Origin: Bacillales bacterium
Lineage (GTDB): Bacteria > Bacillota > Bacilli > Bacillales > Bacillaceae_J
Length of the DNA: 64,000 bases
Assembly (NCBI GenBank): GCA_012840465.1
Contig: DULJ01000061.1
Coordinates: 30,331-94,330, forward strand
Direction of reading: 5' to 3'
Part shown: piece by piece, positions 37,399-47,621 of the stretch
How the letters are laid out: each line of letters opens with the position of its first letter
Position numbering within the stretch: the stretch's first letter is position 1
Notes under the pieces: generated by a model
Seen by the model: only the letters and a program-made list of their open reading frames with translations
Database searches by the model: none
What the model was told of the DNA's origin: nothing
Made by a program: the position numbers and the translations under genes

Positions 37399-38658
37399 AT
37401 GATAATAAAAAAACTTGCATATCCAACTCTTTCGATTCTCCTCTTAAGTGGATTTGTTTCAGGGACGCAAGCGAATCCAATTGAGAGTTATGCGGAATCA
37501 AGAAATTCTTCGCAGGAGGAACTTATTTTAAGCGGCCGTGCACAGCCATATCAAGAAGTGATCGTTTCAACAGCGATGGAAGGTACGTTTAAAGGTATTT
37601 ATAAAGAAATCGGTGCTTATGTAGTAGCAGGGGAAAAACTAGCAGAGTTAGATGAAGGAAACTTGGCTGAGCTTGTGCAGCGCGCGAAAGACCAAGTCAA
37701 AATGGTAGAAGCACAAGGAAATTTAACAGCGATGGAGCAGCAAATTGCACTGAATCAAACGCTAGCAGGTATTAATTATTCGGCCGTAAGTATGAAAATT
37801 GCTCCGCCTATAGCTCCAACCCGCCCTGAAATGCCGGGATATTCAGAGTTGGAGGCTACTCAAAAAGCATTGAAAGATGCAGAACTTATATTGGATAATA
37901 AAAATAAAGAGTTGGATGAGGCAATGGAATTATTTGAAGAAGGTATTCTTTCTCAAAAAGAGTTTGATACGATGACTGTTGCAAAAGCAAGGGCTGAACA
38001 GAATGTTGCAAGCTCCCAAGAGAAAGTCGCCAGAGAGATGGAAAAGATTGAACTGCTGAAAGAGTATGAAAAGGAAAAAGCGGAATATGAAAAAGAAAAA
38101 GCAAATTATGACCAGCAAATGAAAGGTTCTTTACAAGAAACACAAGTATCTGCCGAAGATACATTAAGACTTCAAAAGCAGTCTGCTGCAGTGACTGATA
38201 AAATGAAACAAATTGCTATTATAAATGCTAAGTCGGAGCTAGAAGCTGTGAAAAATCAATATGATAAACTACCCATTGTTGCACCAGTGAATGGATTCAT
38301 TACTGAATTGAATGGAAGAATTGGCGAAATGGTATCACCTGGGGAAACTCTATTTCTTATCACAAATCTTGATCAGCTGTATATTACCATAAATGTTCCA
38401 GAAGCAATAGTTAACAAATGGAAAAAGGGACAGACGGTGTCTGTCAATTTCCCAACACAAGGTATTGAAAAGAATGGAAAGGTTGTTTATGTCGGTTTGA
38501 TGCCTAATCGTGGAGAAAACACGTATCCGGTAAAGATCATTGTTGAGAATAAAGATCACAACATTCGCGGAGGAATGCGAGCAGTCGCCACCTTAAAAAT
38601 GGATAATGAAACTAATGAGACTTCTGAATCGGCTAATCTGCTGGAAAATAAGGAGTGA
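37399..38658 (+). CDS. HlyD/membrane-fusion-protein-like periplasmic adaptor (lipoyl-like + long coiled coil + beta-barrel)
   Basis: Signal/anchor segment, a split lipoyl-like hairpin (VVAGEKLAELD ... IVAPVNGFITEL), a Glu/Lys-rich coiled coil of about 190 aa, and a C-terminal barrel (GQTVSVNF, YPVKIIV). Confidence 0.7.
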   Translation: MIIKKLAYPTLSILLLSGFVSGTQANPIESYAESRNSSQEELILSGRAQPYQEVIVSTAMEGTFKGIYKEIGAYVVAGEKLAELDEGNLAELVQRAKDQVKMVEAQGNLTAMEQQIALNQTLAGINYSAVSMKIAPPIAPTRPEMPGYSELEATQKALKDAELILDNKNKELDEAMELFEEGILSQKEFDTMTVAKARAEQNVASSQEKVAREMEKIELLKEYEKEKAEYEKEKANYDQQMKGSLQETQVSAEDTLRLQKQSAAVTDKMKQIAIINAKSELEAVKNQYDKLPIVAPVNGFITELNGRIGEMVSPGETLFLITNLDQLYITINVPEAIVNKWKKGQTVSVNFPTQGIEKNGKVVYVGLMPNRGENTYPVKIIVENKDHNIRGGMRAVATLKMDNETNETSESANLLENKE

Positions 38659-38663
38659 TTGCT

Positions 38664-39818
38664 TTGCCAAGGAAAGTCCTATTCTGTGCAACGGTCGATT
38701 ACCATTTTAAAGCTTTTCATCTTCCGTATTTGAAATGGTTTAAGGATCAAGGATGGGAGGTTCACATTGCCGCAAGCGGGGGGATGGATCTTCCATATGT
38801 TGATGAAAAATTTGATCTACCGATTCAAAGGTCTCCTTTTAATCGGGAAAATTTAAGAGCCTATAAGGAACTTCAAGCAATCATACATCGACACCAGTAC
38901 CGAATCATCCACTGTCATACCCCAATGGGCGGAGTACTTGGACGTTTGGCTGCAAGACAGGCTAGAAAAAAAGGGACGAAGATCATTTATACAGCCCATG
39001 GTTTTCACTTTTGTAAAGGAGCTCCATTGTTGAATTGGATTGTTTATTATCCGATAGAAAAAGGGTTGGCGCGCTTTACCGATTGTTTGATTACAATTAA
39101 CGAAGAAGACTATTCTCTAGCTGTTCAAAGGAAATTTAGCGCTAAACGAATAGAGCATATTCATGGCGTGGGGATTGACCTAACTCTATTTAAGCTAATC
39201 AGTTTAGAGGATAAAAAGGAAAGAAGAAAATCGTACGGATATAATCCGGACGATTTTTTGCTTTTTTATGCAGCCGAATTTAATAAAAACAAAAATCAGC
39301 AAATGCTAATTGAAATGATAGCGCTAATAAAAAGTGAAGTACCCAATGTCCAATTGCTGTTGGCGGGCGAAGGAGTTCTATTTGATGAATGTAGAAGCCT
39401 TGCTAAAAAAATAGGTGTAGAAAAAAATGTTCATTTCTTGGGATTTCGAAAAGATATTCAGCCGCTTCTTTCGATTACCGATGTAGCTGTGGCTTCCAGT
39501 CTGCGTGAAGGGCTTCCAGTAAATATTATGGAAGCAATGGCTACGGGGATTCCCATCGTGGCTAGTGATAATAGAGGACACAGAGAGCTTGTTTTAAATA
39601 ATGAAAATGGTTGGGTAATAGATCGTGATGATAAAGATGGGTTTGCCAGGAAAGTAATTCTATTGGCCCATAATAAAGATTTAAGAATAAAACTTGGAGC
39701 TAATGGTCGTAAGATGATGGAACGTAAATATGGCACAAATCAAATCCTGCTAGAAAAAAGTCGTATTTACACTACGTATATGAAAGAACAGGAGGAAATG
39801 AAGTGGGCTCTCCACTAA
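38664..39818 (+). CDS. GT4-family glycosyltransferase (EpsD-like)
   Basis: GT-B fold with E(x7)E region (SLREGLPVNIMEAMATGIPIVAS). Start TTG 38664, 7 nt after AAGGAG. Confidence 0.8.
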   Translation: MPRKVLFCATVDYHFKAFHLPYLKWFKDQGWEVHIAASGGMDLPYVDEKFDLPIQRSPFNRENLRAYKELQAIIHRHQYRIIHCHTPMGGVLGRLAARQARKKGTKIIYTAHGFHFCKGAPLLNWIVYYPIEKGLARFTDCLITINEEDYSLAVQRKFSAKRIEHIHGVGIDLTLFKLISLEDKKERRKSYGYNPDDFLLFYAAEFNKNKNQQMLIEMIALIKSEVPNVQLLLAGEGVLFDECRSLAKKIGVEKNVHFLGFRKDIQPLLSITDVAVASSLREGLPVNIMEAMATGIPIVASDNRGHRELVLNNENGWVIDRDDKDGFARKVILLAHNKDLRIKLGANGRKMMERKYGTNQILLEKSRIYTTYMKEQEEMKWALH

Positions 39819-40909
39819 GAGTTTTACATGTGGTCGTTAATATGAACCGTGGCGGTGCGGAAACCTTAATTATGAATCTGTATCGGAACATCGATCGTTC
39901 AAAAGTCCAGTTTGATTTCCTTACTTGTAAAAAAGGTGACTTCGATGAGGAGATTATAGAACTTGGTGGTAGTATTCACAGAATTCCTTATATAACGGAT
40001 GTTGGTCATTTTGGCTATGGAAAGGGGTTGGATCATTTCTTTGCGGTTCATCCGGAATATCAAATTGTTCATTCTCACATGGATAAGATGAGTGGATTCG
40101 TTTTGCGTGCAGCAAAGAAACGGGGAATTCCCGTTCGCATGGCTCATTGTCATAGTACCGAAAGTGAAGGAGGAATTGTTTCTAGAACATATAAGTCTTA
40201 TGCAGGAAAATTCATCTCACAAAGCGCAACACATTTAGTGGCATGCTCTGATAGTGCTGCTAATTGGTTATTTGCTGATGACGCCAAGAAGGCATTCATA
40301 ATAAAAAATGGCATAGAGTGTGAAAAATATGTTTTCTCCCAAACATTAAGAGAGAAAATTAGAGAAGAATTAGGAATTTCACCGGAAAGTTTTGTCGTAG
40401 GGCATGTAGGGAGATTTTCACCCCCAAAGAATCATACTTTTCTTCTGGATGTGTTTGCAAAGTTAGCGAACATTCGGTCTGATGCCATTTTACTTTTAGC
40501 TGGAGATGGTCCATTACGCTTTGAGATTGAAGAGAAAATTAAGAGGCTTAATTTAACGGATAAGGTAAAGCTTCTTGGAGTAAGACATGATATTCATCTT
40601 GTACTTCAAGCTTTTGACGTATTTGTGTTCCCATCTTTGTATGAAGGGTTACCTGTTTCTCTTATAGAGGCTCAAGGTACGGGATTAAATTGCGTTATTT
40701 CAGATGTAATTACAAATGAAGTTGATTTGGGCGTTGACCTTATAGAATATTGTTCATTAAAAAATATGGATGTTTGGCTTGAAAAAATAATAAACAATCC
40801 AAAAAAGTTAACACGTGAAATCACTAAAGATGCGCTATCAAGCCAAGGATATGATATTAAATACACGGCACTAGAAATTGAAAAGCAATACTTGGCTTTA
40901 ACGAGGTGA
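39803..40909 (+). CDS. GT1/GT4-family glycosyltransferase (EpsF-like), paralog A
   Basis: LRVLHVVVNMNRGGAETLIMNLYRNIDRSKVQFDF and SLYEGLPVSLIEAQGTG. Paralog of the 42923 gene. Confidence 0.8.
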   Translation: MGSPLRVLHVVVNMNRGGAETLIMNLYRNIDRSKVQFDFLTCKKGDFDEEIIELGGSIHRIPYITDVGHFGYGKGLDHFFAVHPEYQIVHSHMDKMSGFVLRAAKKRGIPVRMAHCHSTESEGGIVSRTYKSYAGKFISQSATHLVACSDSAANWLFADDAKKAFIIKNGIECEKYVFSQTLREKIREELGISPESFVVGHVGRFSPPKNHTFLLDVFAKLANIRSDAILLLAGDGPLRFEIEEKIKRLNLTDKVKLLGVRHDIHLVLQAFDVFVFPSLYEGLPVSLIEAQGTGLNCVISDVITNEVDLGVDLIEYCSLKNMDVWLEKIINNPKKLTREITKDALSSQGYDIKYTALEIEKQYLALTR

Positions 40910-41802
40910 AAGGTTTGAAGGAATTAACTATTTTTACACCCTCATATAATAGAGCCTACTGTCTTCATAATTGTTATCAGAGTTTGAAACGTCAAACCTG
41001 TAAGGATTTTGTATGGCTAATTATAGATGATGGTTCTACAGATCATACAAAAGATTTAGTACAAGAATGGATAAATGAAAATTCTATTGAAATACGATAT
41101 CAGTGGCAAGAAAACCAAGGAATGCACGGGGCGCACAACACAGCCTATGAACTAATGGATACAGAATTAAATGTATGTATTGATTCTGATGACTATATGC
41201 CAAATGATGCTGTGGAAAAAATTCTTTCTTTCTGGAATAGATTTGGCAGTAAAGATGTTAGTGGAATAATCGGGCTGGATGCATTTCATGATGGTAAAAT
41301 TATTGGAACACGCTTGCCTGAGGATAAAGACACCTCAACGCTGTTTCATCTTTACAACAAATACGGGGTTACTGGAGATAAAAAACTTGTTTATCGGACA
41401 GAACTGACGAAGAGATATCCTTATCCGGTTTTTAAAGATGAAAAGTACGTTGGTTTAGCCTACAAGTACTATATGCTTGATAAACAATTTGAGTTGTTGT
41501 TAATGAACGAAGTAATTTGTTGTGTGGAGTATTTGCCAGACGGTTCATCTTTAAATATGTTGAAACAATACCGAAAAAATCCTAAGGGTTTTTCATTTTA
41601 TCGTAAGGAATTAATGAAATTGCCATTTGCAAGCACCTCTTTTAAATTTAAGCAGGCAATCCATTATGTTTCAAGTAGTTTGATTTCAAATAATCGGCGT
41701 TTTTTATATGAAACTCCGTACAAGGCTTTTACCATATTTGCATTTCCTTTTGGGCTTTTACTGTATTTTTATATTTTAAGTAAAACAAGAATATCATATT
41801 GA
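40906..41802 (+). CDS. GT2-family glycosyltransferase
   Basis: TPSYNRAYCL, IDDGSTD and DSDD motifs. Confidence 0.8.
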   Translation: MKGLKELTIFTPSYNRAYCLHNCYQSLKRQTCKDFVWLIIDDGSTDHTKDLVQEWINENSIEIRYQWQENQGMHGAHNTAYELMDTELNVCIDSDDYMPNDAVEKILSFWNRFGSKDVSGIIGLDAFHDGKIIGTRLPEDKDTSTLFHLYNKYGVTGDKKLVYRTELTKRYPYPVFKDEKYVGLAYKYYMLDKQFELLLMNEVICCVEYLPDGSSLNMLKQYRKNPKGFSFYRKELMKLPFASTSFKFKQAIHYVSSSLISNNRRFLYETPYKAFTIFAFPFGLLLYFYILSKTRISY

Positions 41803-41826
41803 TTGTGTTTGAAGGGAACTAAAGGA

Positions 41827-42888
41827 ATGACTGTTCTTTGGATTCATCTTGTTTTTGTCTATGTATGTTCATTTTTATCAAGGTATTTTTCAGTACCAGA
41901 ATTAAAAAATATTAATTATATTAAACCAAATAGATGGATGACTTTTTTAGTGATACTATCTTTTGTAATCGTATCAGGGCTTAGAAGAAATATTGGGGAT
42001 ACATATTTCTATAAACATATTTATGAGAGTAATGAATTTACATGGGACTATATATTTGCCCATGGGGATATTGGGTTTGGCATATTACAAAAGATTCTTA
42101 AGCTGTTTACTGATGATTCGCAGGTTTTGATTTTTATTACTGCACTCATCACAAATGTATTGATCATAGTTATTTTATATAAATATTCCAGACTGCCGGA
42201 ATTAAGTATGTATGTGTTTATCACATCCGGTATGCAAATAGTATCAATGAATGGAATTAGACAATTTTTAGCGGCTTCCATCCTTTTTACTGCAATAAAG
42301 TATTTAATTGAAGGAAATTGGATCAAGTATAGCCTAATCGTTTTGTTCGCTTCATTTTTCCATCAGAGTGCAATCATTATGATTCCCGTTTATTTTATTG
42401 TAAGGAGAAAAGCATGGACAGGAGCAACATTAATGATGTTACTGCTATCTGTATTCTTCACCTTCGGATTCGATAAGTTTTCCCAAATCCTGTTTGGGGC
42501 AATGGGAGATTCTCATTATAGTGTTTATCAAGGATCCACTGAAGGTGGCGCGAATATTCTTAGGGTTGCAGTGTATGCTGCTCCAGTTATTCTAGCCTAT
42601 ATTGGAAGAGAGAGGCTTAGGGAAATTTTTCCCCAAGGGGATTTCATTGTAAATATGTCCTTACTAGCTGTTGTATTTATGATTATATCGACCCAAAATT
42701 GGATTTTTGCAAGATTTACTATTTACTTTGGATTATACCAATTAATTTTAATTTCTTGGATTCCTAAACTATTCACTGAAAAATTTCAGAGACTAGTCTA
42801 TTATGCTATAATAATTTGTTATTTTATTTATTTTTATTATGATAGCGTCATTACCTTGAATATTCAGTACCGTAGTAATTTTTTCTGA
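41827..42888 (+). CDS. epsG: EpsG-family polysaccharide polymerase (Wzy-like, about 10 TM)
   Basis: Polytopic membrane protein with EpsG-like conserved stretches (RRNIGDTYFY, NGIRQFLAASI). Start ATG 41827 behind AAAGGA. Confidence 0.75.
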   Translation: MTVLWIHLVFVYVCSFLSRYFSVPELKNINYIKPNRWMTFLVILSFVIVSGLRRNIGDTYFYKHIYESNEFTWDYIFAHGDIGFGILQKILKLFTDDSQVLIFITALITNVLIIVILYKYSRLPELSMYVFITSGMQIVSMNGIRQFLAASILFTAIKYLIEGNWIKYSLIVLFASFFHQSAIIMIPVYFIVRRKAWTGATLMMLLLSVFFTFGFDKFSQILFGAMGDSHYSVYQGSTEGGANILRVAVYAAPVILAYIGRERLREIFPQGDFIVNMSLLAVVFMIISTQNWIFARFTIYFGLYQLILISWIPKLFTEKFQRLVYYAIIICYFIYFYYDSVITLNIQYRSNFF

Positions 42889-42922
42889 TAAACAAAAATT
42901 ATAGAAATAAGGTGGTGGAACA

Positions 42923-44056
42923 TTGTTGGAAGATGCAAATCCCAAAAGGGTCCTTCACGTTGTTAGCGCGATGAATCGTGGTGGAACTGAAACCTTATTA
43001 ATGAATGTATATAGAAATTTGGATAGGTCAAAAATCCAATTTGATTTTATCTCTCATCGAAACGAGAAATGTGATTATGATGATGAAATAACCTCGTTGG
43101 GTGGGAAGATTTTTAGAATTCAAAGCCTGGGGCAACTGGGGCCGGCGGGATATATGAAGGAATTAAAAAAAGTGATGCTAACCAATTCATATGTGGCTGT
43201 TCATGCACATACAGATTATCAATCGGGTTTTCCAGCGTTTGCTGCCAAATTAGTTGGAATAAAAAGAAGGATTTGTCACTCTCATAGTAACCATTTCCCC
43301 ATAGGAAACGGGATGAAGGAAAAAACAATGCTAAGATTCTTACAAAGTATTATTAAATATGCGGCAACGGATTATGCAGCATGCAGCAAGGAAGCTGCGC
43401 TTTTTTTATTTGGAAAAAAAACAATAGAGGATCAAAAATTCCACGTATTAAAGAATGGAATTGAAATCACTGCATTCGTAAATGGAGATGAGGATTGCAA
43501 TTTAAAGGTAAAACAGGAATTGAATATCCCTTATAATGCGAAAATAATAGGTCACATAGGAACATTTTCGGAGTCAAAGAACCATAAGTTTATATTGAAA
43601 GTTCTAAAAAGAATGGTGGAAAAGAATAACAATATTTATGTTGTTCTAGTGGGGGATGGGCCTTTAAAACAACAAATTGAGGAAGATGCAAAAGAGCAAG
43701 GGGTTTACGATCATATTCGTTTCTTAGGGGTTCGCGGAGATGTCCCAAGAGTAATGAAAGCATTTGATGTGTTCCTATTTCCATCTATATATGAAGGATT
43801 TGGAATTGTCATGATTGAAGCCCAAAGCTCTGGTATACCTTGCGTTGTATCAGATGGAGTTCCCAAAAGTACTGATATGGGCTTGGAGCTGGTGTCGTTT
43901 GTCAGCCTTACAGATAATCTTGATACATGGACGGATGCAATTGATGAATCTTTCGCGAAAGTGAAACCTTTAAAAGAATTGGTACTAAACCATATTTCCA
44001 AGCAGGGTTTTGATATTAAGAGCAATGTTCCGAAATGGGTTGAACTTTATGAATAA
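42923..44056 (+). CDS. GT1/GT4-family glycosyltransferase (EpsF-like), paralog B
   Basis: KRVLHVVSAMNRGGTETLLMNVYRNLDRSKIQFDF and SIYEGFGIVMIEAQSSG. Confidence 0.8.
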   Translation: MLEDANPKRVLHVVSAMNRGGTETLLMNVYRNLDRSKIQFDFISHRNEKCDYDDEITSLGGKIFRIQSLGQLGPAGYMKELKKVMLTNSYVAVHAHTDYQSGFPAFAAKLVGIKRRICHSHSNHFPIGNGMKEKTMLRFLQSIIKYAATDYAACSKEAALFLFGKKTIEDQKFHVLKNGIEITAFVNGDEDCNLKVKQELNIPYNAKIIGHIGTFSESKNHKFILKVLKRMVEKNNNIYVVLVGDGPLKQQIEEDAKEQGVYDHIRFLGVRGDVPRVMKAFDVFLFPSIYEGFGIVMIEAQSSGIPCVVSDGVPKSTDMGLELVSFVSLTDNLDTWTDAIDESFAKVKPLKELVLNHISKQGFDIKSNVPKWVELYE

Positions 44057-45251
44057 GAAGAAAAAAATTCTCATCACTTCATTCGACATGGCTATTGGTG
44101 GGGTAGAAAGAAGTTTGCTTGGGATGCTTAGCCAAATAGACTACAGCAAATATGATGTTGATTTACTGTTGTTTAAACATGAAGGTGAGTTTCTTCCATT
44201 ATTACCAAAGGGACCTAGTTTACTTCAAGAAATTCCGCAGTATGCAACATTTAGAAAATCAATTGGTGAAACCTTAAAAGCTAAACAATATTCAATTGCG
44301 TTGACAAGAATTTTATCTAAGTTCCACGCTGACCTTACAGGAAGGGTTAAAAGAATAGCTGAGCCAGGATATTATCAAATGCAGTTAATGTGGAAAAATG
44401 CTTTACCGTTCCTACCTAAATTGAAAAAAGAATACGATGTAGCCATCAGTTATTTATGGCCCCATTATTTTGTTGGAGAAAAAGTACGGGCTAAAAAGAA
44501 AATTGCATGGATCCACACAGATTATTCAACCGTTGATACAAATGTAAAGATGGACCTCAAAATGTGGAATAAGTTTGACCATATCGCAGCGGTATCCGAT
44601 GCGTGCAGGCAATCATTTCTAACAAAATATCGTCAATTAAGGAATAAGGTAGTCGTGATTGAAAATATTACTTCACCAGACTTTATCAGAAAAATGGCTG
44701 ATGAAGCGGTTGACAATCCAATGATTCATGACAATCGATTCAAAGTTGTAACAGTAGCTAGACTATCTCATGCAAAAGGAATTGATCAAGCTGTTAATGC
44801 TTTAAAAAAGTTAAAAGATAAGGGTTATGATGATATATGCTGGTATGTCGTTGGCTATGGCGGAGACGAACCAATGGTCAAGGACTTGATCAAGGAATTG
44901 AAATTAGAAGATTGTTTTATCTTGTTAGGGAAGCAAACGAATCCTTATCCATTTATGAAAACTTGTGATCTCTACGTCCAACCCTCCAGATACGAGGGGA
45001 AAGCTGTGACAGTAGCGGAAGCTCAAATCCTTTCAAAGCCAGTGGTAATTACGAACTATACAACGGCAAAAAGTCAGCTGAAAGATGGATTCGATGGATA
45101 CATTACTGAACTGTCTGTTGAAGGACTTGCTGATGGGATTGAAAAGGCATATAAGGATCCCGGAATGAGAAACGAGTTAATGAACAATTGTAGGGAAACA
45201 AAATACGGGAACAGTAGTGAGATTGAAAAGCTATATGCAATGATTGATTAA
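44049..45251 (+). CDS. GT4-family glycosyltransferase (same paralog family as 48067, 49291 and 50544)
   Basis: KKILITSFDMAIGGVERSL, ARLSHAKGID, NPYPFMKTCDLYVQPSRYEGKAVTVAEA. ATG overlaps the previous stop (ATGAATAA). Confidence 0.8.
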   Translation: MNKKKKILITSFDMAIGGVERSLLGMLSQIDYSKYDVDLLLFKHEGEFLPLLPKGPSLLQEIPQYATFRKSIGETLKAKQYSIALTRILSKFHADLTGRVKRIAEPGYYQMQLMWKNALPFLPKLKKEYDVAISYLWPHYFVGEKVRAKKKIAWIHTDYSTVDTNVKMDLKMWNKFDHIAAVSDACRQSFLTKYRQLRNKVVVIENITSPDFIRKMADEAVDNPMIHDNRFKVVTVARLSHAKGIDQAVNALKKLKDKGYDDICWYVVGYGGDEPMVKDLIKELKLEDCFILLGKQTNPYPFMKTCDLYVQPSRYEGKAVTVAEAQILSKPVVITNYTTAKSQLKDGFDGYITELSVEGLADGIEKAYKDPGMRNELMNNCRETKYGNSSEIEKLYAMID

Positions 45252-45290
45252 CGTTTGCAGGATCATTTAAGGGCGGGAAAGGAAAAAAAG

Positions 45291-46370
45291 ATGTTACCAA
45301 AGGTAAGTATTGTTGTTCCCATCTATAAGGTTGAGAAGTATCTTCATAGATGTGTGGATAGTATCTTAAATCAAATATATTCAAATACGGAGATTATTTT
45401 AGTAGATGACGGTTCCCCAGATCATTGCGGACAAATTGCTGATGAATATCAGGAAATGGATAGCCGAATAAAGGCGGTTCACAAAGAAAATGGTGGGTTG
45501 TCCGATGCTAGAAATTATGGAATGCAGTTTGTGACAGGGGAATATACAATTTTTCTTGACAGTGACGATTGGTTGGAATGCAATATGATTGAAGAGATGG
45601 TCCAACAAAGTCTTAAATTCAACGCAGGTATCGTACAAACAGCCTTTTATTATGCATATGATGACTATTATCTCTTTGATAATCGCTATTATTCAAAACA
45701 TGCTCCGCCTGTCATTTTAGATAATAAATCACTGATGTTTGAACTCGTGAAAAATGAAAAAGTGAAAAACTTTGCCTGGGGAAAACTTTATAAAACCAAC
45801 CTTATTAAAAATATCCCATTTGAAAACGGGGTTTTGTTTGAAGATGTATTTTGGGCGCATCAGGTGATGCACCGGGTAAAAACATTTGTACTAATGAATC
45901 AGCCTATGTGCTATTACTATCAGCGTAATGACAGTATTGTTGCTACCTATACGCCAAGAAATTTGGATATTCTGAAAGGTCTCAAAGAAAGGCATTCTTT
46001 TCTTGAAACATTCTACAAAGATTTAGTTGATGAATCGTATAAGAATATCGTAAAGACTAGTCTAATCCATTATAATTTGCTGCTCATGAACCGAAAAAAA
46101 GATACAGGTGGGCTGCATCGGAAAGAAATCCAATTATATATAGGTAGAAACTTTCAATCATTAAAGAAAGCAGTTGAAGATGAAAAGGAGTTAAAGAAAC
46201 AATTGTTGTTATTTAAAGTCCATCCATTTTTGAATGTCATGTATCTTTTTATAAGGAAGATACTCAGAAAAACGAAGTTAGTGCCACAACCGCTTGGATT
46301 AGAGCGTATGGATATTCTGACCCAAAGACAAAATCATATTGGATTAACACTCCCGATTAGACGGCGATGA
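45291..46370 (+). CDS. GT2-family glycosyltransferase (EpsJ/H-like)
   Basis: KVSIVVPIYKVEKYLHRCVDSIL, VDDGSPD, DSDDW. Confidence 0.8.
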   Translation: MLPKVSIVVPIYKVEKYLHRCVDSILNQIYSNTEIILVDDGSPDHCGQIADEYQEMDSRIKAVHKENGGLSDARNYGMQFVTGEYTIFLDSDDWLECNMIEEMVQQSLKFNAGIVQTAFYYAYDDYYLFDNRYYSKHAPPVILDNKSLMFELVKNEKVKNFAWGKLYKTNLIKNIPFENGVLFEDVFWAHQVMHRVKTFVLMNQPMCYYYQRNDSIVATYTPRNLDILKGLKERHSFLETFYKDLVDESYKNIVKTSLIHYNLLLMNRKKDTGGLHRKEIQLYIGRNFQSLKKAVEDEKELKKQLLLFKVHPFLNVMYLFIRKILRKTKLVPQPLGLERMDILTQRQNHIGLTLPIRRR

Positions 46371-46433
46371 TCTAGCAGCAGAAAGCAGATTTGCCCAAAG
46401 GGAGTTTTTTTATTGGAGGAGATACTGACCTAA

Positions 46434-47621
46434 ATGAATGACCTAATCGGAAAAATAAAAAGATGTATATCCCTTGTCATTATATATATTTTCAATTGTT
46501 TTCCTATTAAGAAGAACAAACTATTTTTGTTTAGTTATTATGGGAGCCAATATGGGTGTAATCCCAAATATATTACTGAATATATTCTAGAAAACTATCC
46601 AAAAGGCCAATTTGATCTCGTTTGGGCATTCAATGATCTCAAATCAAAAAAGCATTTAACAGGGTTTAGAAAAGTGAAGACAATGTCATTAAAGTATTTT
46701 TATGAGCTTTGTACCTCTAAAGTAATTATTACAAACTTTAGAACTACAGATTTATTTATAAAAAGAAAAGATCAGTATTACATCCAAACATGGCATAGCT
46801 CTTTACGCCTAAAGCAGATTGAAGAAGATGCAATGGACGCACTTCCTTACCATTATGTTGAGATGGCTAAAAAGGATTCTTTAAAGTGTGACTTGTTGTT
46901 ATCTGGATGTAAGTATAGTTCAGAAATTTTTAAACGAGCGTTTTGGTATGATGGGGAAATTTTAGAAAGTGGAACACCTAGAAATGATGAACTTTTTCAA
47001 AATCGTTTGGTTGAGAAATATGAAATATTAGAAAGAGTAAACATACCTAGGAACCGGAAAATCGTTTTGTATGCTCCAACATTTAGAAAAGACAACAGCC
47101 TTGAGGTATATGACTTAGACTATTCGAAGGTTTTGGAAAAATTACGGGAAAGGTTTGGTGGGACTTGGACATTTTTAGTCAAGCTGCATCCGCACTTAAT
47201 GTCCCAATCAAACCAATTAATATATGGGGACAATGTATTGGATGTCACCTCCTATGATGATATCCAAGAGTTATTGAGTATTTCAGATGTATTAATTTCT
47301 GATTATTCCTCCCTCATGTTTGATTTTTCAATTACCGAACGACCTTGTTTCTTATATGTTCCAGATTTCATAGATTATGTTAAGCAGGATCGGAAATTAT
47401 ATTTTGATATAGCCGAACTACCATTCATCAATGTAGCTAGCAATCATGAATTATTGAATAAGATTGAAGGCTTTAATTTTGAAGAATACAGCCATAATTT
47501 AAGTGCGTTTTTGAAAACAATCGGCTCTTTCGAAGATGGCAAGGCAAACGAGAGCCTACTTAAAAAAATAAATGAAGTTTGCTGTAACAAGAAAAGGAGT
47601 GAACGCTATGAAGCAGTTTAA
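46434..47621 (+). CDS. CDP-glycerol glycerophosphotransferase (TagB/TagF family)
   Basis: LYAPTFR, KLHP and DVLISDYSSLMFDF motifs. Confidence 0.8.
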   Translation: MNDLIGKIKRCISLVIIYIFNCFPIKKNKLFLFSYYGSQYGCNPKYITEYILENYPKGQFDLVWAFNDLKSKKHLTGFRKVKTMSLKYFYELCTSKVIITNFRTTDLFIKRKDQYYIQTWHSSLRLKQIEEDAMDALPYHYVEMAKKDSLKCDLLLSGCKYSSEIFKRAFWYDGEILESGTPRNDELFQNRLVEKYEILERVNIPRNRKIVLYAPTFRKDNSLEVYDLDYSKVLEKLRERFGGTWTFLVKLHPHLMSQSNQLIYGDNVLDVTSYDDIQELLSISDVLISDYSSLMFDFSITERPCFLYVPDFIDYVKQDRKLYFDIAELPFINVASNHELLNKIEGFNFEEYSHNLSAFLKTIGSFEDGKANESLLKKINEVCCNKKRSERYEAV

